DNA from: Trichomonas gallinae
Taxonomy: Eukaryota
Direction: 5' to 3'
DNA length: 64,000 nt
NCBI GenBank assembly: GCA_008369845.1
Contig: MRSU01009652.1
Location: 1 to 64,000 of the forward strand
Shown here: positions 21,740-32,642 of the stretch, piece by piece
How positions within the stretch are numbered: the first letter of the stretch is position 1
How the letters are laid out: each line of letters opens with the position of its first letter
The notes under the pieces: model-generated
What the model was told of the DNA's origin: nothing
What the model saw: only the letters and a program-made list of their open reading frames with translations
Database searches by the model: none
Made by a program: the position numbers and the translations under genes

Positions 21740-22270
21740 TGTGAAATATTTCATCAGATGTCATGGTTTTATTTACTGAGTCTAGATTTTATAAAGATTC
21801 TCTCCTGTTTTCGGAATCTTTTTAATTCTTCGATATTTTTTCTCACAGTCTGGTTTTGTGTCTGTGGTGTAGATATTGGTTGTGTTTGCGCACGAACATC
21901 AGGTTTTGTGGCATTTTTTAGTGGGTTTTGTTTAATTTCGGAAGAAAGTTGGTCAATTTTGGAAAATGCAGACTCAACGATGGCCGCATCAGAATCTAGA
22001 ATCTCAAAGAGGAGGTATTGACCTAATGATTTGATAAATTCAACAAACCTCTTTGAATCGAATTTGTCGCCTTCGCTAAAGTCAGTTAAATTTGACGGAC
22101 AGCCTTGAATATGTCTGGAATGTTGTATTTATAATGAACTTGGTTGAGAATGTAAAGCGAATCGTCGAAATTAAGAATAATGTGCTTCAAACACTCAGAC
22201 ATTCGATGAGTGTGCCGTTCTTGATCATGTCTGGGATGGACTGGGCACTTCCAACTGCGTCAAACTCCAT
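21740..22270 (-). pseudogene. Frameshifted remnant resembling the N-terminal region of a trichomonad expanded (ankyrin-associated) family
   Basis: Manual translation from ATG 22270 gives MEFDAVGSAQSIPDMIKNGTLIECLSV*, then after a shift LKHIILNFDDSLYILNQVHYKYNIPDIFKAVRQ, then after another shift NLTDFSEGDKFDSKRFVEFIKSLGQYLLFEILD...IEELKR. The family assignment is from memory. Confidence 0.55.
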
Positions 22271-22693
22271 TAAACGTTTTTTGAAATCAATGAAAAAATG
22301 TTGGCAAAAATTTTTAAAATTCAAATTTTATGTATCTGGCCCTATAGAGAATGAAGTGTACACCATATCTGTACTTGACCTGACGTACAAAACAAACATT
22401 GGGGCTGATAGACCCCGTTTTTTAGACCAGACAAAATGGCATAGTTTCGATTCGTATATAGCTGTATTCATGTATATCAGAGTTCTCCAGTTTGTAATGT
22501 TTTTGTGTATAGATTGTGTCTGCGTTCAAATATTATATCCTATGGCTGAATTTTGATGATTTGTTTGATTTCCCTAAAGAGTTGACTTAACGATGCTAGC
22601 ATATTATCAAAGACGTCAAAATCTCTATATTGATATCAAAATATATTTAGCTAATATATAAACAAAATAATAGAATAACAAATCAGTATAATC

Positions 22694-23980
22694 TTAAAGA
22701 TGATCAATAAAAGCATTGTATTGAGTAGGATCAGGCCATTTATCATTAGCAGCGTAGTAAGCTGCGACTTCGAAAGCTTTTGCAAAACGTTCTGGATCAA
22801 CAGAATTGTCTGAGAAATGCGCCCATCCTTTTGTCATAAACCAAATGATTTTCATTCCGATGCTAGCTGGTGGCAGATACACTGAGTAGTCCCATATGTT
22901 TGTGTTCACGAAGACAATAATTGACTTAGGACTCATGAAGAGAGTTTTGTGGCTATTGCTGCCGCAAACAGTCCCGAGTATTTTTATTTCTGCATGAAGC
23001 CTTGCAGAATCTGCGAGACTATGGTAATTCTCTTCTTCAAAAACTTTCCAATCTACACTAGGAACTTTTGCTTTTAATGCTTGCATGCACGCATCCAAGT
23101 TTTTAATCCTTCTATTGTTGGATTTCCTATTCATAAAGCCCGTCAGAGTTGGTTCTATGTGTGTCAGGTTCAAATTCTCTCTAAAAATTGCATGCACCTT
23201 TAATGGCAGCGGTCCGAAGTGGACAACATGCGGCATTGGATGCGTCGCTGATATAAGGCTGTCGCAGTGCACCCATTGGTTTCGACTCATGTATATAACG
23301 TTATCATTCAAGTTCAATATAGAAAACAACTCTACGTTCCATGCTTGTCGCTCGCAGTGGAGGATAGTTGAGGCTTTCAAGAACTCCATTGGCATAGCTA
23401 AGAGCGGAAACAGGCTATCAACAATGAAATGGCCAAAAGTGTTGAATCCGTGATGAATTGAAATTCCTGTCATAACATGTGTGATGACTGAGCCACTCCA
23501 TGTGTCGTAGATGCTATCGGGCCCCGTTTTATTGCCTGATACCACCAGATTGACTCCATCGGAAACAATTGCAAAGCAGCCAACATAGACGTCGCGAAAA
23601 ACTGTAAATATGCAGTCTATTTCGTTTGTCCATCGTAGGAATTTGATTTCACCGATTTTGGGGTGCGAGAAATTATATTTGGTTCCTGTAACAGTGAAAT
23701 GTGGAAAATATTTTAATTCTTCCATTTCATCTTTAAAGAAAAACGCGAAATTAGTTCTTGGAGGATTTATTTTCTCATTAATATGCATGAAACGTATTGT
23801 ATGTTCAGGACTTTCCTTGATCGTTCGATTTTTGACTATAAAACTTAAATATTTAGTATTGAAGTACGGATCGGCGTTATACCTAATGCCACAAAACGTG
23901 CTTGCGACGAATAATGCATTAAATATAAATATGAATATGCCGGAGCGGAATTGATTATTTTTTCTTCTAACTTTATTCAA
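22694..23980 (-). CDS. Glycosyltransferase family 61 (DUF563)-like type II membrane protein; no ATG before the anchor
   Basis: N-terminal hydrophobic anchor, NTFGHFIVDSLFPL, NRKSNNRRIKN, and GTVCGSNSHKTLFMSP (the HGA-equivalent region). Confidence 0.65.
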   Translation of the reverse strand: MNKVRRKNNQFRSGIFIFIFNALFVASTFCGIRYNADPYFNTKYLSFIVKNRTIKESPEHTIRFMHINEKINPPRTNFAFFFKDEMEELKYFPHFTVTGTKYNFSHPKIGEIKFLRWTNEIDCIFTVFRDVYVGCFAIVSDGVNLVVSGNKTGPDSIYDTWSGSVITHVMTGISIHHGFNTFGHFIVDSLFPLLAMPMEFLKASTILHCERQAWNVELFSILNLNDNVIYMSRNQWVHCDSLISATHPMPHVVHFGPLPLKVHAIFRENLNLTHIEPTLTGFMNRKSNNRRIKNLDACMQALKAKVPSVDWKVFEEENYHSLADSARLHAEIKILGTVCGSNSHKTLFMSPKSIIVFVNTNIWDYSVYLPPASIGMKIIWFMTKGWAHFSDNSVDPERFAKAFEVAAYYAANDKWPDPTQYNAFIDHL

Positions 23981-24171
23981 GATATTTGTTTTTTTTTTTT
24001 TTTGACAATCAATTTCTTTGTAAAAGAGTAAACATATAGTTAAAGTTTGGGCAAAAAGTTATTAACACCACGAAAAACCTTCTATGGCAGGTCATGAATC
24101 TACGTTTTTTGCAGCATCAGCAATTTTTTATGTTCGATTTGATTTCGTATAAGAAACTTTTTTGCATAATT

Positions 24172-24286
24172 TTGTCATGTAAAATATTGTTATTGCCGTG
24201 TAAATTCATTATTGTCATGTAAATTGTTTTATTGTCATGTAAAATATCATTATTGTCATGTAAAATATTGTTATTGGCGTGTAAAA
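24172..24286. repeat. Six-copy 19-21-bp tandem array with core TTGTCATGTAAA
   Basis: Units start at 24172, 24193, 24212, 24232, 24253 and 24274, in the divergent GT61/Sel1 intergenic region. Confidence 0.9.
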
Positions 24287-24553
24287 TAATTTAATCGTTA
24301 TCTATTTGAAAAGTGACATTTAGTATAAGTTCATAAATTCTTGATATTTCACTGAATTTATATGGTAAAAAGTGAAATTATTAGTATGCTGGATATTAAT
24401 GCGCGGTAATTATTAAAATTTTTGTAAATCCATACCAAAGCATTTTTGGCCTTTTTTGACTTGAAATTCTGCTGTTATATGCTATTGTATATCTATATCA
24501 TCAACAAAATAAAAAAACGAGTTTTACATTTCAGCGTTTAAAAGTGACAATAA

Positions 24554-26155
24554 ATGAATGAGAACGGAATTTCAGCGCAAACAAAAGAGTTTTTAAGTGG
24601 AAAATTCAAGCAAAGCGTTGTAAATGAGCTGGAAACTAAAGCAAACGCAAAAGATCCGGTCTCAACCTTCAGATTAGGCTGTTTATATTACTTTGGCAAA
24701 GGCCTCGTGCAAGACATACCAAAAGGCATCGAATTACTCAACCAGGCAGTGAGTCTTGGCTCCCCAGATGCTAAATTCCTAATGAGCACGCTATATATTG
24801 AAGGAAAAGATGTAAGAAAGGATACAAGGACAGGATTCAAGCTCCTCGATGATGCTGCTGATGCTGAGATCGCAGAAGCACAGCATGCGTTAGGATTTGC
24901 CCTCTACGAAGGCGTAATTTGTGGCAAAAACATAAAACGTGCCATTAGAAACTTTGTTGCAGCATCAAGGATGGGAGATCCAGTCGACTGCTACATGGTA
25001 GGTAAACTTATGGAAGAACAAACAGACGAAGAGCCAAATTACACAAAAATTTTAGGATTTTACGAACGCGCCATCAAAGCCGGAAGCTTAGATGCTACAC
25101 TCGCTGCAGCTAGGATCCTTAGATTCGGGAAAGGCAGCGTACGCAAAAATCCAACACAGGCGTTTAAATACTATAAACAAGTCGCGCAAAACGGCAATAA
25201 TGAGGCTATGGTCGGCTACGGATGTATGATATATCTCAAGGAAGCCGGAAAGAGTCCAGCTGATGAAGGTTTGGTTTGGCTTAAGCGTGCAATGGATAAT
25301 AATTACGATGACGCATTCTTCCAATACGGAAATTTGTTGGCTGCAAGTGATGACCCAGATCAGAAGACATTAGCGTACCAAGCATTCGAACATGTCAATC
25401 ATATTCCAGAAGCGAAATATCTTTGCGGAAAAATGAAAATTAAAGGCGAAGGTACAACAAAGAGTGTATCTGGTGGCATGACAATGATCAAGGAAGCGTC
25501 AAAACAAGGATTTATCCCTGCGATTTATTCTATGGGAATCGGTTACAGAGAAAACAAGAATGGCGTCAAAACAAACATCAAGAGGGCCTATGAAGCATTC
25601 CAGAAGTGCGCTGAGGCTGAATATCATCCAGGCGAATATCAATTTGCTTACATGATCGAAAAAGGCATTGGATGCGAGAAGGATATCGACAAGGCCATCA
25701 AATATTACAGAAAGGCAGCTGAAGGCGGTGAAGCAAAGGCCATGTTTAATTTAGCTTTGATTTACGAAGAAAACAAGCAATACAGGAATACAGAGGAAGC
25801 CATTAAATACTACACGCTCGCATCCAATAATGGCATCAAAGAAGCCATGTATAACCTCGGAATGATATATAAAAATGGAAATGGCGTTGAAAAGGATTTA
25901 GTCAAAGGAAGACAGTTGATTATGCAAGCTGCAGATAAGGGCGTCGTAAATGCACAGTTTTGGATGTATGAACTCGATAAAAATGAAAATCATGAAAATG
26001 CAATTAAATTCTTGCAGAAGGCTGCAGACAATGGTCATGGAAAGGCCATGTGTCTCCTAGGCAACTTTTTGATCGATGGAACTGGAATTCAAGTTGATGT
26101 TGAGCAAGGCGTCGAATATCTTATGAAAGCGGGCTCCCTTATCTATGGAGAGTGA
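24554..26155 (+). CDS. Sel1-like repeat protein
   Basis: Many SLR units, e.g. LGCLYYFGKGLVQDIPKGIELLNQAVSLG and AMYNLGMIYKNGNGVEKDLVKGRQLIMQAADKG. Confidence 0.92.
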   Translation: MNENGISAQTKEFLSGKFKQSVVNELETKANAKDPVSTFRLGCLYYFGKGLVQDIPKGIELLNQAVSLGSPDAKFLMSTLYIEGKDVRKDTRTGFKLLDDAADAEIAEAQHALGFALYEGVICGKNIKRAIRNFVAASRMGDPVDCYMVGKLMEEQTDEEPNYTKILGFYERAIKAGSLDATLAAARILRFGKGSVRKNPTQAFKYYKQVAQNGNNEAMVGYGCMIYLKEAGKSPADEGLVWLKRAMDNNYDDAFFQYGNLLAASDDPDQKTLAYQAFEHVNHIPEAKYLCGKMKIKGEGTTKSVSGGMTMIKEASKQGFIPAIYSMGIGYRENKNGVKTNIKRAYEAFQKCAEAEYHPGEYQFAYMIEKGIGCEKDIDKAIKYYRKAAEGGEAKAMFNLALIYEENKQYRNTEEAIKYYTLASNNGIKEAMYNLGMIYKNGNGVEKDLVKGRQLIMQAADKGVVNAQFWMYELDKNENHENAIKFLQKAADNGHGKAMCLLGNFLIDGTGIQVDVEQGVEYLMKAGSLIYGE

Positions 26156-27037
26156 TTTTATTATATTTTTTTGTTCAAAAATTTAATAAAAGTGAAAAAT
26201 CAAAATTTATCTTTCGTTTCTTTTGTTAATTTGTCGCCTCTTGTTTGGATAATTGTTAAGTGCTGCCCATAGGTATTATAAATAGCAAAAGATAAAGTCC
26301 AGGGATAATTTATTAATTTCAACGTTCAAAAAATTTTGCGAATTTTTATGAATAATGATATACAGACTGTAATTAAGAAGTTAATTATGTTTCGCCACTC
26401 AGCTCACAAATATCCACCATTTTTTTCAGCCAAAATTATTCAATTGAATGAATAACTTGTTGCCACTTTTTATTTGGCAACTCAACGTATCATTGATACA
26501 TCGAATGTAGAATCATAAAACAGGGAAATACTCTTGATTTGTAAAGTTTTCAAATTGAATGTTGAAATGGGAATATTCTACAATGTCACATACTAACATA
26601 TTTTTAGGATAACTTAAAATTTAATTTCAATTTCATATTTGAAATGAATCATCTCGAATTATTTTGTGATCAGATATGGTATTTCATTATTTTGCTTGCG
26701 GTTATTAATGATTTGTAAACTACAGAAAATCATAATTCAAAACTAATTCAAAAAGTTAATCACATCTGGAATAGTATAATATAGAAAAATACACCGTTAT
26801 TTTTTCATTTGTAAACTATTCAAATTCATATTTGAGAGAGAATATTTTTTATGGAAAAAATCGAAATATTCCCGCACAATATACCATATAGTGTGTGACT
26901 AACTGAGAAATATTTTCTTTCAAAAATTTTCATAAAAAATAAAATGTTGTATATACATCAAAGAATATGAGAAATGATTTAATTTTTGAAAGCTATAGAA
27001 AACCTCACAAAAATCAAAGAAACCATTTTTAATTAAA

Positions 27038-27748
27038 ATGTTCTCAGAGCCAAGTTCTCCCACTGAATCAGGAAGGCACTTCATGTCATTAACCGATGGA
27101 TTCCCGATTCCTAAGTACAAGACTGGGGCTCTCCAGCAGATTCTCGGTTGCAACTTCGATGGCTATCATTATATCGATAAAGAAACTATTCGCGGTGTAT
27201 CCAGAAGTCAAGATGATGCCTATTGCACGACAGTTCACGCTTCTAACACAAAAGCTAATCATTCAGAAATTTACTCTTTTGAAAAGCCAACAGGAATTGT
27301 GGTCCATCCGCAGAATGTCGGCCTCATTCCAGCATCAGAGTGGACAATCAGGCCGGTTACATTGGAGATGATGAGAAATTCATACTTTACTAAAAGAAAT
27401 GGCGCAGCAAGAAGTTTCGATGTGAAACTTTACAATGCTCTTCGCATTACAAATGACAATCCTAATGCATACAAATACATCGGTGTAATGTGGATCGATG
27501 ACTCACATTTCAAGATCAATGAAAAAGTATATGAAAACTTCATCGGAGTCAAGGTTAACCACATTACTTTATTCGACAAGCAGGGTGCGATCAGCAAATA
27601 CGGATTCAAACAGATCTACAAGAGCATGAACCCAAGGTTCAGATTCAATTCTCAGTGCGAAGATGTAGATGATAACGAAATCCGTATTTTTACAGACCCT
27701 ATGCGTAGATTCTCACGTGACCAACCATTCAACAGAGTTTACTTATAA
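27038..27748 (+). CDS. Initiator-binding domain (IBD, IBP39-like winged helix) protein
   Basis: SFDVKLYNAL....NPNAYKYIGVMWIDDSHFKINEKVYENFIGVK parallels the IBD pattern F..KL..LL......IG..W..D..FK......A...GIK. Confidence 0.7.
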   Translation: MFSEPSSPTESGRHFMSLTDGFPIPKYKTGALQQILGCNFDGYHYIDKETIRGVSRSQDDAYCTTVHASNTKANHSEIYSFEKPTGIVVHPQNVGLIPASEWTIRPVTLEMMRNSYFTKRNGAARSFDVKLYNALRITNDNPNAYKYIGVMWIDDSHFKINEKVYENFIGVKVNHITLFDKQGAISKYGFKQIYKSMNPRFRFNSQCEDVDDNEIRIFTDPMRRFSRDQPFNRVYL

Positions 27749-28420
27749 TTTGTTTTTATTTGTGCGTTTTGTTCTGTTAATATTAAATTTTTGTTCTTTA
27801 TCTATTCTAATTATAATCACGTATTTGTATACTACTATATGTTGTAATAGAAAAGCGAAATAATCATGTCTATAATTATTCATCGTTTAAAATCTTGCTG
27901 ATTATGGAGTGTAATAGAATATTAACCGAAAAACCCTTTTATTAGTTGGTGTATTAATGATTTTTGTCGAAGTAATCTGCAAAAAGCGAGTCTTAATTTC
28001 GTAATATTAGATTGATGGGTAAAATTTTCGGCATAAATTCATGGGACTTTTATGCATTTGTTCTTTTGTGTGCTTAATGTATATTGTCTGAGTATCAGCA
28101 TTAACAATGAAGTATTATATGAGTTGGAGTCATTTTAAAATAGATCCCAACGAGAAAAATGATGAGTAATCATTTTTTAGCAAATTCTAACTGATATTAT
28201 AGATCTTAATATTTTATGCAGTATTATGATCAATTTAATTTTGAGGTATTATTCTTGGAATTGTTGATTTTTCTAATTATGAAATAAAAAATGTACAATT
28301 TGTGGATATCGAATTTTTCATTTGAACTCATCAGCAAAACTAAAAGTCTTTGCAGTAAAAAGCTGAGATGGTAAATAGTAAAAATACAAACATTTATTAA
28401 GATTTTTGATAGTAACAATA

Positions 28421-29518
28421 TTATTTTGGTGATGAATCCGCAAAACTCGGCACAACAAGATGAACCTTAGGTGGAGGTCTCTGTGATGCACTATTTGATA
28501 TACCTTGGAGCCTGAGTTTAGATTGTAAAGTTCTTTCTTTGATTTGTTTTAGCTTTGTTCTCGTTCTAGGCGTTAAACTAGCAGCTGCTTCAGCTACAGA
28601 AGCAAAATTCTTCTGTCTGGCAATTTCATTCGCGTTGCTTTTGCTCGCGTTTTTGATATCAGATTGTAATTTGTTAATTCTCGAGTTGATTGGATATGTC
28701 ATATCTTTGTGGCGCTTATCAATTCTTGTTTTAAGGTAGTCTAGCTTACGATCAACTTCACCGAGCTGTTTTTGATAATCGAGTTCGATTTTGTCTCTTT
28801 CTTTTTGACAAGCTTCTTGTGCTCTTATCTGTGCTTTCTTTGTCTCCTCTTCTTCCAAATGGTCAGCCATTTCCTTTAAATTTGCAGCTTGTTTCCATTC
28901 TTTATTTCGTATCAATGCTTTTTCGCGATCTCTCAGTTGTGTAAGTTGGTATGATGGCTTAGAGTATGCAACGAGAGCATTGTCGCTTTCCCATTTTTTG
29001 ATAAAACTTTCGACTTTCTGTTGATATGTTTGCTGAACCTTCTCAGACATTTTTTGCTTCTCTTCGTTAAGTTTACGCTTTTGGGCTTTGTATTGTTCGT
29101 TTATTTGCCATAATTGTTCTTCTAGCTGCTGAATTTGTTGATAATATTCTTCTTGCTCGGATTTCCTTCCTGTTTCATCGATTGCGTTTTTACAGGCATC
29201 CAGGAAGTCATGAGATAGATTATAGTATTTTTCGGCTTCTTTGTACTTTCCTTCGCTCATCGCATCAATTTGGCATCTTTTGATGTATTGGGCTACTTTT
29301 TGGCGCTCAAATAATGGAGGTAGTGTTTTGTTTGTTGTGAAATCTAGTATTTGCTGCCTGCATCTCGGAGAATTCATTCCGCTGAAAGTAAAAGTTGTCT
29401 GTGGCTCAGGAACAACTTGCGTATCCGCATCAGCACTGAATGGGATGCCTTCAGGTAGCTCCGGATCCCCTCCATCGATAATAATTTCCTCATTTTCCGT
29501 ATTTACTCCTTCATCCAT
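28421..29518 (-). CDS. Hypothetical coiled-coil protein
   Basis: Long Q/E/K-rich helical ORF with a YSKPSYQLTQLRDREKAL motif. First ATG is at 29518 (the track start is TTG). Confidence 0.75.
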   Translation of the reverse strand: MDEGVNTENEEIIIDGGDPELPEGIPFSADADTQVVPEPQTTFTFSGMNSPRCRQQILDFTTNKTLPPLFERQKVAQYIKRCQIDAMSEGKYKEAEKYYNLSHDFLDACKNAIDETGRKSEQEEYYQQIQQLEEQLWQINEQYKAQKRKLNEEKQKMSEKVQQTYQQKVESFIKKWESDNALVAYSKPSYQLTQLRDREKALIRNKEWKQAANLKEMADHLEEEETKKAQIRAQEACQKERDKIELDYQKQLGEVDRKLDYLKTRIDKRHKDMTYPINSRINKLQSDIKNASKSNANEIARQKNFASVAEAAASLTPRTRTKLKQIKERTLQSKLRLQGISNSASQRPPPKVHLVVPSFADSSPK

Positions 29519-29670
29519 CAAAATTTTGCTTATAAAAAAACGTTTTTTTGACGCAATTTTGAATGAAAACAAATTTTATTGCATATTTAGATAGTACATA
29601 ACTATTTACAGCATTTTGCGCTGAAAATATCGTTTTATTATGATTATTTCATTTCGAATTTAAAATTTCA

Positions 29671-30082
29671 TTTGATTTTAAGGCTTGCAAATGAAATATC
29701 ATGATGCATGCCTTATATATATGTTCCAAAACGATATCCTGAATCAAGATTCATGTAAAAATATTATTTTCAGATTATCTATTTCTATTGTATACTTTTG
29801 ACGATGCAGAAAGTTCTATGTTGAAGATTCAGCAGCATCTGTCGTTGAATATTAGTGATTTAAACGATATAAGTTTGAATTTGAATTTAAGGCTTGCAAA
29901 TGAAATATCATGATGCATAACTTATATATATGTTTTTAAAAGATATCATGCATTTTTATCCTTGTAGATGTATTGTTATCAATTTCTAATGTATATTTTT
30001 GCTGATTCAGAACGTGATATTTTGAAGATTTAGAATCTTCTGTCGTTAAATATTAGTGATTTATCGATATAAGTTTTAAATT
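29671..30082. repeat. Diverged tandem duplication with a ~205-bp unit
   Basis: TTTAAGGCTTGCAAATGAAATATCATGATGCAT...TCTGTCGTT.AATATTAGTGATTTA..CGATATAAGTTT occurs at about 29671-29879 and 29880-30082. Confidence 0.9.
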
Positions 30083-30608
30083 GCAGATTAGCTTCTTAGC
30101 TTTTAAAATGTGCAGACAACTAACGCATCATATAAATAGCGTCTGTAGTGCATTGTCTATTGATATGTTAAATAATGTCCTTTGCTTGTCACATCAAACT
30201 TTTGTCCCATGTTCATTTGTCCGTTAGTTTTAATAATAATTTTCACATCAGCTATGGGCCTATTATAAGGGTACAAAACATGGTGAATTGATGAATCGCA
30301 GCTAAACAAACATAGAATTTCTTTATTTCCTTGACTTTTTTATATATGCCTTCTTCTCTATATGATAATCTTAGTTATCATTGGCTTTATCTTTTAAGGG
30401 CTATTTCATAATATTTCATTTGAGATTTATTGACTTGAATAATATTTATGTAAAATAAGTGCTTGTGGTTAATGGAATTATCTATAGAAAGTTATAATAT
30501 TGCTATATTGGTGTGTGAAATCTATAGATTAGGAAATCGAAAAAATATCAAAACATAATATTTAGAATCAACAAGAACAGTTTTTAAAATGAAGGTAGTG
30601 TCCAATAG

Positions 30609-31109
30609 TTACAATGTTTGTCGTCTCAAAAGAGGAGAATCCATTCCAAGGCAATCTTCTTTTGAAATTACACCATCAAGATACTTTTCTATGTCTATTT
30701 GAGGGAGAACAGGATCTACCTTTGGAGCGGAATACGGCGCTGATGATTTTGATAAATGAATTACAGCCCTCAATGCAGTTGGTAGCTTATTCACATTACA
30801 AAACATTAAAGGAATAGTATTATATGTCACTGCATCAACAGGAAGCTCACCCACCGGAATATCTACACGGCCCAAAAATGTTTCTTTGAAGAAATCGTTC
30901 TTATATAGTTCAACCGAAATAGTTTGAAAATGATTGTCTTGAGTTGGAATAATGTACGATTTTCTTATACGTCGCGCGTCATTGTATGTGAATTCGATTC
31001 GCTTTGTATCGCCATTGTCTTTGTTTATTATCAGGCAGAAGAATTTCTTGCCGACTAATGACGGATCCGTGAATATGAAGCCACCTAAATGGAAGTAAAC
31101 AGTACCCAT
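30609..31109 (-). CDS. C2-domain-like protein
   Basis: ISVELYKNDFFKETFLGRVDIPVGELP is typical of the C2 C-terminal strands. First ATG is at 31109. Confidence 0.65.
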   Translation of the reverse strand: MGTVYFHLGGFIFTDPSLVGKKFFCLIINKDNGDTKRIEFTYNDARRIRKSYIIPTQDNHFQTISVELYKNDFFKETFLGRVDIPVGELPVDAVTYNTIPLMFCNVNKLPTALRAVIHLSKSSAPYSAPKVDPVLPQIDIEKYLDGVISKEDCLGMDSPLLRRQTL

Positions 31110-31207
31110 TGACTCTGAATTCTTTTTGTGAGAAAATGTAAATTTATAACCGTTTGATGTATTAAATTTTTTATGATAGATCAGAATTTTTTTAATTGTC
31201 AAATTTC

Positions 31208-31287
31208 TGACATGTAAAGTTAAATCAGCTTAATTTGTGAATGATTATGGCATGTAAAATGTTATTTGAGATAATTCTGACATGTAA
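31208..31287. promoter_or_regulatory. Three TGRCATGTAA motifs upstream of the C2 gene
   Basis: Copies at 31208, 31248 and 31278. Confidence 0.55.
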
Positions 31288-31323
31288 ATAAAATTTCAGT
31301 TTTGAAACACATCAGTTTATTCG

Positions 31324-32642
31324 TTAAAGATGTGCAATCAAAGAATTGTTCATTTCTTGAACAACAAGGAATCGTTTTTGATTCCTGCAACGACAGACGA
31401 TCTCAAGGCCTTTTGGAATCTCCTTCAACATTGATTCATCGACAATGCCGTTCAACATGTCAAATAATTCAGTGACCTTCTCGCTGTCAGAAATGTCATC
31501 TTTCTTTGACTTCAGGATTTGTAGCTTCTTAAGAAGTGTGAGTCTCTTTGTGAGATCATCTTCCTTGAGATCATCATCCTCGAGTTCAATCTTCAAGAGA
31601 ACCTTTCTATTCTTCTTGGTGATGAGTTTTCTGATGTGCCGTTTTTCACCCTCAGAATGATGCTTATTTTCCAAAAGCAGCTTGAAGCCGCTTTCATTCT
31701 TGAAGATCACCGAGTATTCAAGTGGTGAAGTCCTGCTGATCAAGTGTTTTCTGCTTGAGATTTTCACCATAGATATCCAGAATTTGTTCCATGACTTCTT
31801 CAAAGCCTTTTCTGGCTGCAATGTGGTGCATAACCGTTTCATTCTTAGCTCCAAGAGCGAAGAAATCTTGTTTTGATTTCTGTTTCACTTCGGTCTCGGC
31901 CATGTTAATAAGTCTGGTAATTGGAGTCTCAGATGGTGGAGTTCTTGGAGAGAGTCTGAAGTTATATCTATTGCTTCGTACAATAGCCATAGCAATAGAC
32001 AATGTTCTTCCATAAATATCGCATAAATCCTTTTTCACTTTATTCTGTTTCTAAAAGGGCGATTAGCTGATTCCAGTTCGAGCGGGTTTTCCCTTTTTGT
32101 ATCTTTGTGCTTGATCTTTTTAGCAATTTGCTTTTGTTCGTCAGTAACTTTATTACCATAATAGATTTGTTCATTTGGCTCTAAATTCTCATTTGCTTGT
32201 TGTTTGAGCAATTCAACAATATCCTCAAAATTCTGCTTCTCTGCTATTTCACGAGTAGTCAACTGATTGTTTGCCTTGATATTTAAGTCCACTTTATCAA
32301 ACAGCAATAATTCACGAACAGCATTGACTTTATGCCTATCATCAGCATGATGAAGTGCTGTATACCCATTAACATCCTGCAAATTAGGGTCTACATCCTT
32401 TAGCTTCAGGAATTGGATAGATCGAAACATTCCTCTTTGTGCGGCAAGCATCAAAGGTGTTACACTTTTACCATTTTGGAATCTATGTAATATGGAACAT
32501 CAATTCAAAACAATCCGAACACAACGTTCCTATATTCCTGAAAATTTTCAGTTTTCAAATCTTTCAAATCTGTTATGATTTGTTTTAAGAGTCAGCATTG
32601 TCATCAGTGCACTTGTTGATTCTATCATGATATTTCTTCCAT
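31324..32642 (-). pseudogene. Frameshifted ankyrin-repeat pseudogene
   Basis: Ankyrin motifs are split over several frames: TPLMLAAQRG, GYTALHHA, YGRTLSIAMA, ETVMHHIAARKGFEEVMEQIL and TSPLEYSV. A TCACT initiator plus ATG lies at 32642. Confidence 0.8.

Noticed and set aside
22395..22455. Hammerhead ribozyme suggested by CTGATAGA
   Set aside because: It does not match CUGANGA and there is no correctly placed GAAA or stem III.
21758..22556. Plus-strand ORFs of 87 and 154 aa
   Set aside because: Better explained as antisense to the minus-strand pseudogene.
24172..24286. CRISPR-like repeat-spacer array
   Set aside because: Units are only 19-21 bp with related linkers, there are no cas genes, and the context is eukaryotic.
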